Source: Acidobacteriota bacterium (GTDB lineage Bacteria > Acidobacteriota > Terriglobia > UBA7540). From it: 42,158 bases of DNA. Below, one piece after another: positions 1 to 9,024 of this stretch. Numbering within the stretch: the stretch's first letter is position 1; each line of letters starts with the position of its first letter. The position numbers and the translations under genes are program-made. The notes under the pieces are model-generated. The model was not told the origin of the DNA. It did not search any database and worked only from the letters and a program-made list of their open reading frames with translations. The stretch is taken from NCBI GenBank assembly GCA_003171295.1, contig PMYF01000669.1, positions 32,653 to 74,810 of the forward strand, written 5' to 3'.

Positions 1-755
1 ACCTTAACGCGCGGGTCAAGGCTGCTGAGAATAATGGTCTGCCATCCTCCCCCTGAAAGCCCGGTCACGCCCAGGCGGTCGGGATCGACGTTAGGATTGG
101 CAGCAAGATAGTCGAGCCCCCGCCGCATGGCCAGATAGAAGATCCCCATGCCGTTCATGCCGACCAGGTCAAGTTGCGAGTCGAACCAGTGTTCGTTGAA
201 CTTCTGGTTGAGTTCGCCCATTCCTATCCATTCCAGGTTGAGCGCGATCATCCCCTTCAAAGCCTGGTTGATGCACATCTTCTGCTCGAACTCCACTTTG
301 TTGCCGAGCATGAAAAAGTGCCCCATGACATCCAACACCGCAGGTATGCGTCCTTGTATCGTCTCAGGTTCGTAGAGCAGCGCCGTGCAATAGAACCCGG
401 GCACGATTTCATAACGAAGCCTGCGCAACTTGTATCCCTTGCCCGAAGGAAGAGGGCCCAGGTCTTCGAACCGCGGTTGCGAACTCACCCACTCCTTTGG
501 CCAGCCGTGGAAGATAACGTCGTTTAATAAGTGCTGACGGATACGCTGCGCCTCCGCGGTCCATTGTTCCGCGCTGCTGGGCGTGGGAAGCACAGGGACC
601 TTTTTCTCGAGGAATTGCTGCAGCTGGAAGGTCACAACTTGCTGCGACTGAAGCTGCTCGCTGAGGATGGGCTGGATGACTGCGGGATCCGCCTGAGCCT
701 TCACGAACATCGTACCTAGAAAGATGGCCATCACCAACAGGACTCTTGATTTCAT
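1..755 (-). CDS. alpha/beta-hydrolase (carbohydrate-esterase-like). Only the N-terminal ~251 codons are present because the gene runs off the left edge. Third paralog of 12144..14135 and 27653..29737
   Basis: Not in the supplied ORF track. The reverse-strand frame is open from the ATG at 755 (cat at 753-755, GGGAGG upstream) to position 1. It translates MKSRVLLVMAIFLGTMFVKAQA (signal peptide) ...HGWPKEWV...RLRYEIVPGF..ALLYEP...LNLEWIGMGEL...FYLAMRRGLDYL...GVTGLSGGGWQTIILSSLD. This is colinear with the N-terminal halves of the two other esterase-like proteins, about 60% identical by eye. Confidence 0.85.
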   Translation of the reverse strand, partial: MKSRVLLVMAIFLGTMFVKAQADPAVIQPILSEQLQSQQVVTFQLQQFLEKKVPVLPTPSSAEQWTAEAQRIRQHLLNDVIFHGWPKEWVSSQPRFEDLGPLPSGKGYKLRRLRYEIVPGFYCTALLYEPETIQGRIPAVLDVMGHFFMLGNKVEFEQKMCINQALKGMIALNLEWIGMGELNQKFNEHWFDSQLDLVGMNGMGIFYLAMRRGLDYLAANPNVDPDRLGVTGLSGGGWQTIILSSLDPRVK

Positions 756-1460
756 TTCCGTATTTCCTCCCGATCGGTCGCCGACTGCGATTGAATTTCA
801 GAATCGTACTCCGCCATTCGTCAGGATGGGCCCCACTGATTTCACAAAGTTCATTTTTCGTATGGTACAGCCGGTGGTTAGCTCCAAGATTACTCGGAAG
901 CCCTGCAAGATACACCTAAGGCAAGCTCTGCCTTGCCGGGTTTTCTAACCGATTTGGAGTGAGAGTATACACCACCACCGGGCGCAATGAAATTGCAACT
1001 ATTGGCAGCAAGGGGCCGTAAGCCGCGGGCGCTGGTTTGGTGGCCCAGAGTCCTTATCGCGGCTAACCGAAGCCATGGATACCCCCAATCCGGAGCAAAG
1101 GAACTGCCAGGTGTATGGACTATCATGTTTGTCGGTAAAATCTTCATCGTTCCGCCCAACCCAGAAAAGCCCGTCATTCCCGGTTTCCCTGCTCGCACCT
1201 GTGCAGCGAGGGCGGTCGCCACGCCGGAGCAGTTATGCTAGACTTCCGTTCGAGCCACTGGGGAACCCAGCAGGCGCTGGAAGCGCTGCGGCGTCCCTGA
1301 TTCGAACCCCATATGCTGCGGCTCGGCCCGTCAAAAGCTCGAAAGTCAGTTTGACTCTGCGGCACGGGTCCAGACCACTATACTCGTGCGAACACTTGCC
1401 AATGGGTCCGCCAACCCGCGACATAGGGAGGCTCCGGAAAAGAAAGGCACAGCCTTCCGC

Positions 1461-2501
1461 ATGCTGCCGAGTTACTGCCCTCTGCCCGTGGCCTTACGGC
1501 AAGGAAGGCGGGGCCTCGTGGTGGGGCTAGCCGCTCTTCTGCTGGTTCTGGCAATCCCGGTCCTTGGGCACACTGCACAGGAAACGCGAGATGCCGTCGC
1601 ACCAGCTCTTGGCCTGAGCACTCGCATTCAGTCGCTGCCCTTGGACGCCGCACGCCGCAACAACCTCAATGATGCTCTCAGAGCGCGCAATTACGAACTT
1701 GCTGAAAAGATCCTGTTGGACGAAATCGAACGCAGTCCCAAATCGCAATCTACGCTCAAGTTGCTGGGAGACATCTTCTTTCTGGATGGTAGCTATCTGA
1801 ACTCCGCGATCACCATGAAGAAGGCGGAGGCTCTGGGCCCCCTCGACGACCATAGTCGCTTCACGCTATCCATGGCTTACGTCACACTCGATAAGGGGGA
1901 TTGGGCGCGTCCGGAACTCGAAGCGCTGGCCCGATCGGAGCCTCGCAACGGCTTGTATCCCTACTGGCTTTCTCGCCTGGACTACCGGGACATGCACCTT
2001 ACTTCCGCAGTGGCAAACGCCCAGAAGGCCATCGCTCTGGATCCCACTTTTATGAAGGCCTATGACAATCTTGGCCTTTATTACGATGCTCTAGGGAAAA
2101 GTGAGGAAGCCATACGCGCCTATAAGGACGCTATCCGCTTGAACCGCGAGCAGCGCCTGCATTCGCCATGGCCTGCCCTGAATCTCGGCGCATTTCTCTT
2201 CAAGCTGGGCCGGCCAGACGAAGCGGAAGTGTACTTACGGGAATCTTTGCAGGAAGACCCCCGGTTTCCGAAAGCGCATTTTCAGCTCGGGCTGCTGCTG
2301 GAGAAGAGCGGGAAATATGCCGAGGCCGTTCAGGAGCTCAAACAAGCGGCAGAGATCGATCCGTCCTATCCCGAGCCCTGTTTCGCACTGGGCAGAATCT
2401 ACCGGCGGTTGGGCGACGAGAAATCCGCCCAAGCAGCATTTCAAATGTTCCAGGACAAAAGTCAAAAGGAAAAGGAAAAGAACGTCCGCCGATCGCACTG
2501 A
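1461..2501 (+). CDS. TPR-repeat protein with an N-terminal membrane anchor or signal sequence
   Basis: ORF 1386..2501. The ATG at 1461 gives MLPSYCP..RRGLVVGLAALLLVLAIPVLG. Several 34-aa TPR-like units are present (AYDNLGLYYDALGKSEEAIRAYKDAIRLN; AHFQLGLLLEKSGKYAEAVQELKQAAEIDP; CFALGRIYRRLGDEKSAQAAFQ). The exact start is uncertain. Confidence 0.75.
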   Translation: MLPSYCPLPVALRQGRRGLVVGLAALLLVLAIPVLGHTAQETRDAVAPALGLSTRIQSLPLDAARRNNLNDALRARNYELAEKILLDEIERSPKSQSTLKLLGDIFFLDGSYLNSAITMKKAEALGPLDDHSRFTLSMAYVTLDKGDWARPELEALARSEPRNGLYPYWLSRLDYRDMHLTSAVANAQKAIALDPTFMKAYDNLGLYYDALGKSEEAIRAYKDAIRLNREQRLHSPWPALNLGAFLFKLGRPDEAEVYLRESLQEDPRFPKAHFQLGLLLEKSGKYAEAVQELKQAAEIDPSYPEPCFALGRIYRRLGDEKSAQAAFQMFQDKSQKEKEKNVRRSH

Positions 2502-2575
2502 TGGGTGGCCTTTTGAACCTTTTCCGGAAGGCACAACTCCAAAACGGGAGCAAGCTCAGTCTACAGGGAGAGTCT

Positions 2576-4483
2576 ATGAATCGACACCTCGGAAGATTGT
2601 CAACAGTCTTGAGCTTCGCACACAGGGCGGTCGTTTCATGGGCTATTTCACTGGCAATCTTTCAGCTCTGCGGGTTTGCTCAGTCCTCCTCAATTCCTCA
2701 ATCGATCGCTAATCCCACCGCCATACCCCAGTGGTTTCAAACCGGAAGGTACCGTTCCGCTCGCTGGGACGGGGGGCCGATCGAGGCAGAAAAGGGAGTC
2801 CTTACGAACTGGGTCAACTACACGGAAGACGATCCCCGCCAGGTCCTGCAAGCCACACGCGATTGGTACAATCCGAAAACGATCGACCTCCTCACGATGG
2901 CGCATCTTAATTGGGCTTGGGTGACCTGGAGTGTCGGTTTTTCGCCAGCCACTGAAAAGAAACAGCAGGAGCTTGTTAGCCACTACATTAAGGAATGCCA
3001 TCAAAACCACATTCGAGTAGCTGCCTACATATCGGTCGGCAACATGTTCTGGAAGGATATGTTCGAACACGTGCCCGGGAGCATTCGCTGGGTTTTGCGG
3101 GATTTTCAGGGAGGGCCTGTATTCTATACCCGTCCTAACCGCTACATGGCCGATATTCAGAATCCCGAGTGGATCAATCTGCAGAAGGAACGTGTCCTAT
3201 CAGCAGTCCAGGCGGGCGCCGATGCGCTGTGGATTGACAACACGTTTTCCTATCACGGCGAAGAAAATGTCGCGCGCTTGATTGGCACCCTCTATGACGT
3301 TGCTGTGCCCGTCAACCCCCAATTTGTGATCATGTCCAATTACAACCGTGATGTTTACACGTGGGCAAAATTGCAGAATGGCGTCACGACAGAAGATGGG
3401 AGAGAACCCGGATACTATACCGATAAGCATACGCCTTACCTGGTAACAAACGCAGGACTGCTGCGGTATAACTATGGGGTCAGCGAGGGATGGCGCCCGG
3501 TTTCGATGGAATATGGCGAGCGGCACTACGGTGACCGCATGACCACGCCCCTGAAACCTCGCAAGTGGCAACTGGCGATCGCGGAGGCTGCCATGTATCA
3601 CGCGAGCTTCGAGGTTTATTCCGAGGGTCTTTTGCTTCGCGATCTCTATTTCGGAGATTCGCGCGCCCTGGAGGGATGGCGCGCGATCGGCGACTACAAC
3701 GCCTTCCTGGAGAAGAACGAGTCCTACTACACCAACCCTCATACGGTTGCCCCGGTAGCCATTCTCTGCGACTCCACGGATTTCGCTGTCTCGTATCTAA
3801 ACCAACTCTCGGAACATAATCTGAACTACGACGTCATCTTCAACTATCAGGCCCCACAAGAGGACCTGCTGAGGCGCTACCGGGTTGTTGTGCTCCCGAA
3901 TACAAACCCGCTCAGTCCGGAATGGTGTGCCGCGCTCAGCCGATGGGTCCAGGATGATGGGGGCGCTCTGATATCGGTTCAGGATACGTCACTGTTCTCG
4001 CCGGGCCCCGCGGCGGCCAACCAGGACTTCGGACTGGGGGCGCTACTGCGAATCTCCAGGCAGAGCATTCCGGAGTCGAAGCAAGTTCGGTCGCGCGGCA
4101 GGGGATCGGTCACCTACCTGCCCGACCTCCCTCCGGCCGGTGAGATGTTGTCACTCATCCAGTCCAATCTGAAGCAGCCCGAGCTTGTGGAAGTTGAGCC
4201 CCAGGAGGCCACGCTTTCGAACGCAGCCTTTCAGCCGGAATATCATCGCGTCATCCTGCATCTTTTGAATTACCGACAAGACCTACGGAAGGAACTTCAC
4301 CTACGAGTTCATGCGGCCGTAAGGAAAATCGAAATCCTCTCCCCAGATCCGATCGGCAACACTCCGGCCCAGATTCAAGTCAATGGCCAAGAAGCGGAGA
4401 TTGTTGTCCCCGAATTACAAACCTACGATCTTGTTGCCATTTATCTGGTTGCCGGCACAGACGCCACGCCTGGGGCTCGTTGA
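2576..4483 (+). CDS. secreted glycoside-hydrolase-like TIM-barrel protein with a GH42/GHL-type layout (barrel followed by a trimerisation-like domain). Family not assignable
   Basis: The ATG at 2576 is preceded by AGGGAGAG. Signal-like N-terminus MNRHLGRLSTVLSFAHRAVVSWAISLAIFQLCGFAQS. The barrel-like segment contains HIRVAAYISVGNMFW...ADIQNPEW...GADALWIDN. It is followed by RYRVVVLPNTNPLSPEWCAALSRWVQDDGGALISV, which resembles the GH42 middle domain. The longer 2168 start would overlap the TPR gene out of frame. Confidence 0.7.
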   Translation: MNRHLGRLSTVLSFAHRAVVSWAISLAIFQLCGFAQSSSIPQSIANPTAIPQWFQTGRYRSARWDGGPIEAEKGVLTNWVNYTEDDPRQVLQATRDWYNPKTIDLLTMAHLNWAWVTWSVGFSPATEKKQQELVSHYIKECHQNHIRVAAYISVGNMFWKDMFEHVPGSIRWVLRDFQGGPVFYTRPNRYMADIQNPEWINLQKERVLSAVQAGADALWIDNTFSYHGEENVARLIGTLYDVAVPVNPQFVIMSNYNRDVYTWAKLQNGVTTEDGREPGYYTDKHTPYLVTNAGLLRYNYGVSEGWRPVSMEYGERHYGDRMTTPLKPRKWQLAIAEAAMYHASFEVYSEGLLLRDLYFGDSRALEGWRAIGDYNAFLEKNESYYTNPHTVAPVAILCDSTDFAVSYLNQLSEHNLNYDVIFNYQAPQEDLLRRYRVVVLPNTNPLSPEWCAALSRWVQDDGGALISVQDTSLFSPGPAAANQDFGLGALLRISRQSIPESKQVRSRGRGSVTYLPDLPPAGEMLSLIQSNLKQPELVEVEPQEATLSNAAFQPEYHRVILHLLNYRQDLRKELHLRVHAAVRKIEILSPDPIGNTPAQIQVNGQEAEIVVPELQTYDLVAIYLVAGTDATPGAR

Positions 4484-4729
4484 GTGGGTATTCCCGGCCG
4501 CCGCCTGGGGCATTGCCGGAAGAAGCCACGTGGGTTATTGCGATAATCTCCGCCGGACGAGGGTAACCGCAATCAGCATCCCTCTTTCTCATTTCTCGCT
4601 GCTGCAGCTTCAGCCCGCGAACTTCCAGGGCTTATCGCGGGAGACTGAGGTGGATAATATCCATCACACAGTGGTTTGGGGTCCACAGGAATGCGAGTTC
4701 ATCCGGCATTTTTCTCAGGAGGAGACGTC

Positions 4730-5974
4730 ATGCCGAACGATCCATTACAGAACCTCACCCGCAGGACTTTCCTGCAGGGAGTGGGCGCGGCGGCAGCCCT
4801 GGCAGCTCCTGCCCGGGTGATTTCCGCCGAATTAAGGTCGCGGGCAGCGAGCAGCAAGGTGGTCCGCATCGGGATTGTCGGCGGCAACTTCGGGTCGGCT
4901 TTCCAGTGGCACCTGGATCCGAACTGCAAAGTCACCGCATTGTGCGACCTGCGCGATGATCGGCTGAAGCACATGCTGGAGGTTTATGGGCCGGCGCAAA
5001 CCTACAAAAACTTCCGCGAGTTCTTGAAATACCCCGAACTGGACGCCGTCGGAGTATTCGCGCCCGCGCCGCTGCACTTGTGGATGGCAACGGAAGCGAT
5101 CAAGGCAGGCAAGCACGTGATCAGCGCTGTGCCGGCGGGGATGTCCGAGGGCGAACTGGAACTTCTGCTGGAGACGACAAAGAAGACAAGATTGAAATAC
5201 ATGATGGCGGAGACCAGCTACTATCGGCCGCAGGTCATCACCTGCCGCGAGTGGGCACAGCAGGGGAAATTTGGCACGATCTTCTACACCGAGGCGGAAT
5301 ACCATCACGAGGGGCTGGCTCCGCTCTGGTATGACGAACGCGGATTCCCCACTTGGCGTTACGGTTTCGCGCCGATGCACTACCCGACGCACTGCACGGG
5401 CATCGTGGTGCCCATCACCGGCGAGCGACTGGTGGAAGTGCAGGCGGTCGGTTGGGGTGACGGGCACGAGGTGCTGTCGACCAACGAATACAAGAATCCG
5501 TTCTGGAATACGACGGGGTTGTTCAAGACGTCTGCGGGTCATGCCTCACGCATCTCCGTTTTCTGGCACGTGGCGGCCGGCGGCACGGAGCGAGGGAGCG
5601 TATAAGGCAGCCTGATGTCTTACATCTTCGAGCGGCCGGAAGGTTCGCCCGACACGGTCATCAGCATCAGCAAGGATGGCAAGACGGTAATCGACGCCAA
5701 CGGCTACCCTGAGGGTGACGTGAAAATCCAACCCTACAAGCAGCCCGAGCATTGGAACGTCCTGCCGCCCTCCCTGCGAGTGCCTACCGGGCACGGCGGC
5801 TCACACACTTTTCTGACCCACGAATTCATCAGCGCGATCGTTGAGGACCGCTGGCCAACGGTGAATGTCTACGAGGCCATCGCGTTTACGCTGCCGGGGA
5901 TCATCGCACATCAATCGGCCCTGAGAGGTGGCGAGCCAATGAAGATCCAAGACTACGGGCGGGCGCCGGCGTAA
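4730..5974 (+). pseudogene. Tat-exported Gfo/Idh/MocA-family oxidoreductase interrupted by one in-frame TAA (5603-5605). It is either a pseudogene or a split gene
   Basis: AGGAGGAG RBS before the ATG at 4730. Twin-arginine signal MPNDPLQNLTRRTFLQGVGAAAALAAPARVISA. Rossmann segment VVRIGIVGGNFGS...ELDAVGVFAPAPLH. ORFs 4676..5605 and 5615..5974 are in the same frame (both 2 mod 3), separated only by TAA GGC AGC CTG. The second ORF (..GHGGSHTFLTHEFISAIVEDRWP...AHQSALRGGEPMKIQDYG) is the normal C-terminal portion of this family. Confidence 0.75.
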
Positions 5975-6105
5975 GGCGACATCAGTGTGAACTCACCTGC
6001 TAGACCGGGTCGATGGGGAGCGCATCGGTTTGGCCCAGCGCATTCCCCGCCTCAGGCAGCGCCCGCGGTGGTACCATGCGCAACACCAATCACGTCAAGA
6101 AGGGA

Positions 6106-8682
6106 ATGCCGCCGATGAGGTTCACGCGAAGAAAGTTCTTGGCTGCAACCGTCGTCACAACTGCGGGAACGATGCTGCCGACAGGGCTATCGAGCACATC
6201 GAAGGGCGATCGCCTGGATGCATTCGAGATTGCTCAACGCCATCTCATCGTACATGACCAGCCGACGCCGAATTTCTTTGAAGGCATGCTGCTCGGCAAC
6301 GGAGACGTCGGCGTATGCGTCACGGTGCGCCCTGACGCGCTGGGTTTACACCTGGGGAAGTCAGATGCCTGGGACCTCCGCGTAAGTGAAGACCATTGGA
6401 AGTATGTCCTCCCCTTCCACGAGTTCCTGAAATTGTGGGAGCGCGCCAGTGACAGAGTAAAGCGGCAAGGCAAGCCCGGCGCATTCGACCTAGAGGAAGA
6501 CAGCGAGTTTCGGCAATACACCCAAAAGGTTACGTCTTCTTACCGAAAATCCTGGCCACGTCCCTGCCCTTGCGGGCTCCTGTGGATTCACTGGGACTCT
6601 AGAAAGGTGCGTGTCGTACGCCAGTCGTTGGATCCATCGAAGGGCTTACTCACGATCGATCTCGATTGCGACGACCTGCATGGATTTCGCCACCGTGTCC
6701 AGGTGTCGTGCTTCGTCGAGTGGGAAACCGGCCTCATTTCAGTCTCCACGGACGCTCCCGCCCCCTTTTCGTCTCTGACTTACTACTCAAACCTCGGCGA
6801 CAAATCCTTTCTCATGCCGCCGCTCATTGTTGAGAGCGGAGGTGACTGGCCAGAGCGCGGGGTCAGGAATGACTTTGCCGCCTTTTTCTCCCGGCAGTAC
6901 TTGCCCGCGATTGCTCCTACTCAGGAGGAACCGGCCCCCGCCAAATCTGCCAGAGATTCAAACTTCGCTCTGCAGGCCCGCCTGCAGGGCTCATGGCAAT
7001 TTGACCCATCCACCGAGGCACAAGAGCTCCGGTTGGCAAAGGGGCAGAGTTGGGAAGAGGACCGCCCACGGGTGTCGATGCGGAGCACAAAGGATCAGCC
7101 GTTCCGCCTGGATCTCCTGATTCTCACGCCCCGCGACAGTCCTGAAAATACGTCCAAGGTTCAAGCCGAGGTGGAACGCCTCTCGCAGGTTCCGGTCCGT
7201 CAACTCCAACAAAAAACCGGGGAACGATGGAAAGAATTCTGGCTGCAGTCCGCCGTGGAGTTCGAGGACAAAGACCTTGAGCGGATTTGGTACCACAACC
7301 AGTACTGGCTTGCCTGCTGCCTGCGCGAAGGCAAGGTCGCGCCCGGACTATTCGGCAACTGGACGAGCGGCAACATCGGCACCGCCTGGCACGGCGACTA
7401 CCACATGAACTACAACACTCAGCAGGTCTTCTGGGGTGTCTTCTCCAGCAACCATGTGGAGCAACACCTGCCGTATGTGGACCTCTGCGAAAAGCTGCTG
7501 CCGATGTCAGAAGCATATGCGAAGGAGAAGTTCGGCCTCCCCGGTGCGTTCTTCCCCCATTCAGCCTATCCCGTGCCAAGCCAGGTGATGCCCTATCCGG
7601 CGCCACCGTTTGGCTACGAAATCTGCGAAACCCCGTGGACCGTGCAGAGTCTCTGGTGGCAGTATCTCTACACGCTCGACGAGGGCTTCCTGAAAAGAGC
7701 GTACCCACTGCTTCGCGCCGCCGCGCGGTTCATGGCCGCTTATATCAAAAAGGAATCGGACGGCAAGTATCACATCGTGCCCACGGTATCGCCTGAGAAC
7801 TGGGGTTGCACCGTGGATTTCCGCTTGAACAAAGACTGCATCATGGACCTGGCGCTCACGCAGTTCCTGCTGGACGCGGTTGTTGAGGCTTCCAAGGCCT
7901 TGCAGCTCGACGGCGAGGAGCGCGCGAAATGGGCTGAAATCCGCACTAACCTCGCTCCCTATCCGAAAGCCGGGGGGCCCTTTGGTGAGGTATGGCTGGA
8001 CGTTGTTAATGCACCCACTGAGCATGTCTACAACATCCCCGTAACCTTGGCCCCGGTGTTTCCGGGCGAGCAAGTCGGCATGGGTCGCGGCGAAGAGCAG
8101 CTTGAAATCGCCCGGCGGACTGCACAGACGATTCGGCTGGAAGGCGGCAACGACCTTGTCTATCAACCTATGATCCGGGCGCGGCTCGGCATGCTGAACC
8201 TCGACTGGTTCAAGCGCGAAGTCAGCTACTGCCTGTTGCCGAATGGCATCGCTAACGACCGCGTGCGGCAAGTCGACGGGCGCTACGACGACCAGACTGA
8301 CACCGACTTCATGATGAGGATGGGGATTTGGACAGAGAACCTTTCGCTTCCCGCGGTTTTGAACGAATGCTTGATGCAGAGCTATACGGGCACTATCCGC
8401 CTTTTCCCGAACCCTGAAGGCCTTGGGACCGCCCGGTTTGAGAATCTGCGTGCGGTTGGCGCTTTTCTGGTGAGCGCCACCCTCGATGCAAGTGGTGTTT
8501 CGGATGTGATCCTGCAGAGTGAGAAAGGCTCCCTAGCTCGCGTGGAAAATCCGTGGCCGGGCAGGGCGGTTCGCGTTACCCGGGCTCGAGACAATCAACA
8601 CCTCAGCCCCGTAATGAGTCGTGACATCATGGAGTTCCCCACGACCTCTGGAGATCAATACCGGATTGAGCAGGCTCAGTAA
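6106..8682 (+). CDS. Tat-exported glycoside hydrolase, tentatively GH95-like (N-terminal beta-sandwich plus an (alpha/alpha)6 domain)
   Basis: Twin-arginine signal MPPMRFTRRKFLAATVVTTAGTMLP. LLGNGDVGVCV resembles the GNGxxG N-terminal motif of GH95/GH65N-type proteins. WHGDYHMNYNTQQVFWGVFSSNHVEQHLPY resembles the GH95 catalytic-domain block. The start could be 6076, 6106 or 6115. Confidence 0.6.
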   Translation: MPPMRFTRRKFLAATVVTTAGTMLPTGLSSTSKGDRLDAFEIAQRHLIVHDQPTPNFFEGMLLGNGDVGVCVTVRPDALGLHLGKSDAWDLRVSEDHWKYVLPFHEFLKLWERASDRVKRQGKPGAFDLEEDSEFRQYTQKVTSSYRKSWPRPCPCGLLWIHWDSRKVRVVRQSLDPSKGLLTIDLDCDDLHGFRHRVQVSCFVEWETGLISVSTDAPAPFSSLTYYSNLGDKSFLMPPLIVESGGDWPERGVRNDFAAFFSRQYLPAIAPTQEEPAPAKSARDSNFALQARLQGSWQFDPSTEAQELRLAKGQSWEEDRPRVSMRSTKDQPFRLDLLILTPRDSPENTSKVQAEVERLSQVPVRQLQQKTGERWKEFWLQSAVEFEDKDLERIWYHNQYWLACCLREGKVAPGLFGNWTSGNIGTAWHGDYHMNYNTQQVFWGVFSSNHVEQHLPYVDLCEKLLPMSEAYAKEKFGLPGAFFPHSAYPVPSQVMPYPAPPFGYEICETPWTVQSLWWQYLYTLDEGFLKRAYPLLRAAARFMAAYIKKESDGKYHIVPTVSPENWGCTVDFRLNKDCIMDLALTQFLLDAVVEASKALQLDGEERAKWAEIRTNLAPYPKAGGPFGEVWLDVVNAPTEHVYNIPVTLAPVFPGEQVGMGRGEEQLEIARRTAQTIRLEGGNDLVYQPMIRARLGMLNLDWFKREVSYCLLPNGIANDRVRQVDGRYDDQTDTDFMMRMGIWTENLSLPAVLNECLMQSYTGTIRLFPNPEGLGTARFENLRAVGAFLVSATLDASGVSDVILQSEKGSLARVENPWPGRAVRVTRARDNQHLSPVMSRDIMEFPTTSGDQYRIEQAQ

Positions 8683-9024
8683 CGGCATTTTCATATCGCC
8701 AGCTCGGCTGTGCCACATTAACCTCAAAGTGAGCCAGTTCGGGCGGGGGGGCTTCCTTGCCACCTGGCCGGAAAAGCGACGGAAAGGGACTCCCTTACCT
8801 TGATGCACCTTGCCATCAATGAAAGCCCGGGAACCCTCGCTGGAGGATCCTCATGACCGGCAGAGAACGCATTCTTTCAGTATTCCACGGTGACAGGTAT
8901 AAGCTGGAAAGGGTCACCCTTTTGCTCCGGGCAAGACGTGCTGATGGAAAATCCCGACGTCTTGCCAGGGGCGTTGAAATTGCCTCCGCATTTCTTCTTA
9001 CGGCCTGACGATTGGAAGAAATCC

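Noticed and set aside
148-915. Track ORFs 148..375, 174..527 and 409..915
   Set aside because: All of them overlap the open minus-strand frame, which is clearly homologous to the two full-length esterases. Their own translations are low-complexity.
1299-1308. GGTTCGAATC (minus strand), which resembles a tRNA or tmRNA T-loop
   Set aside because: The flanking bases (TGGGG / AGGGA) cannot form a T-stem. No acceptor, anticodon or D-arm could be built around it.
2168-2575. A 5' extension of the 771-aa ORF that overlaps the TPR gene
   Set aside because: It lies out of frame over a well-supported TPR coding region and its translation is Arg/Ser-rich. The ATG at 2576 has an RBS and gives a signal peptide.
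8745-8751. G7 homopolymer (others at 13948-13954 and near 42144) as possible phase-variation tracts
   Set aside because: One is intergenic, far from any start codon. One is inside a conserved PPP-coding stretch that is also present in the paralog. The tracts are too short to argue for slippage control.
8907-8965. Hairpins between the convergent GH95-like and copy-A genes (AAAGGGT-C-ACCCTTT, and GGCAAGACGT..ACGTCTTGCC)
   Set aside because: The first has an impossibly small loop. The second has no T-run on either strand. There is not enough support to call terminators.
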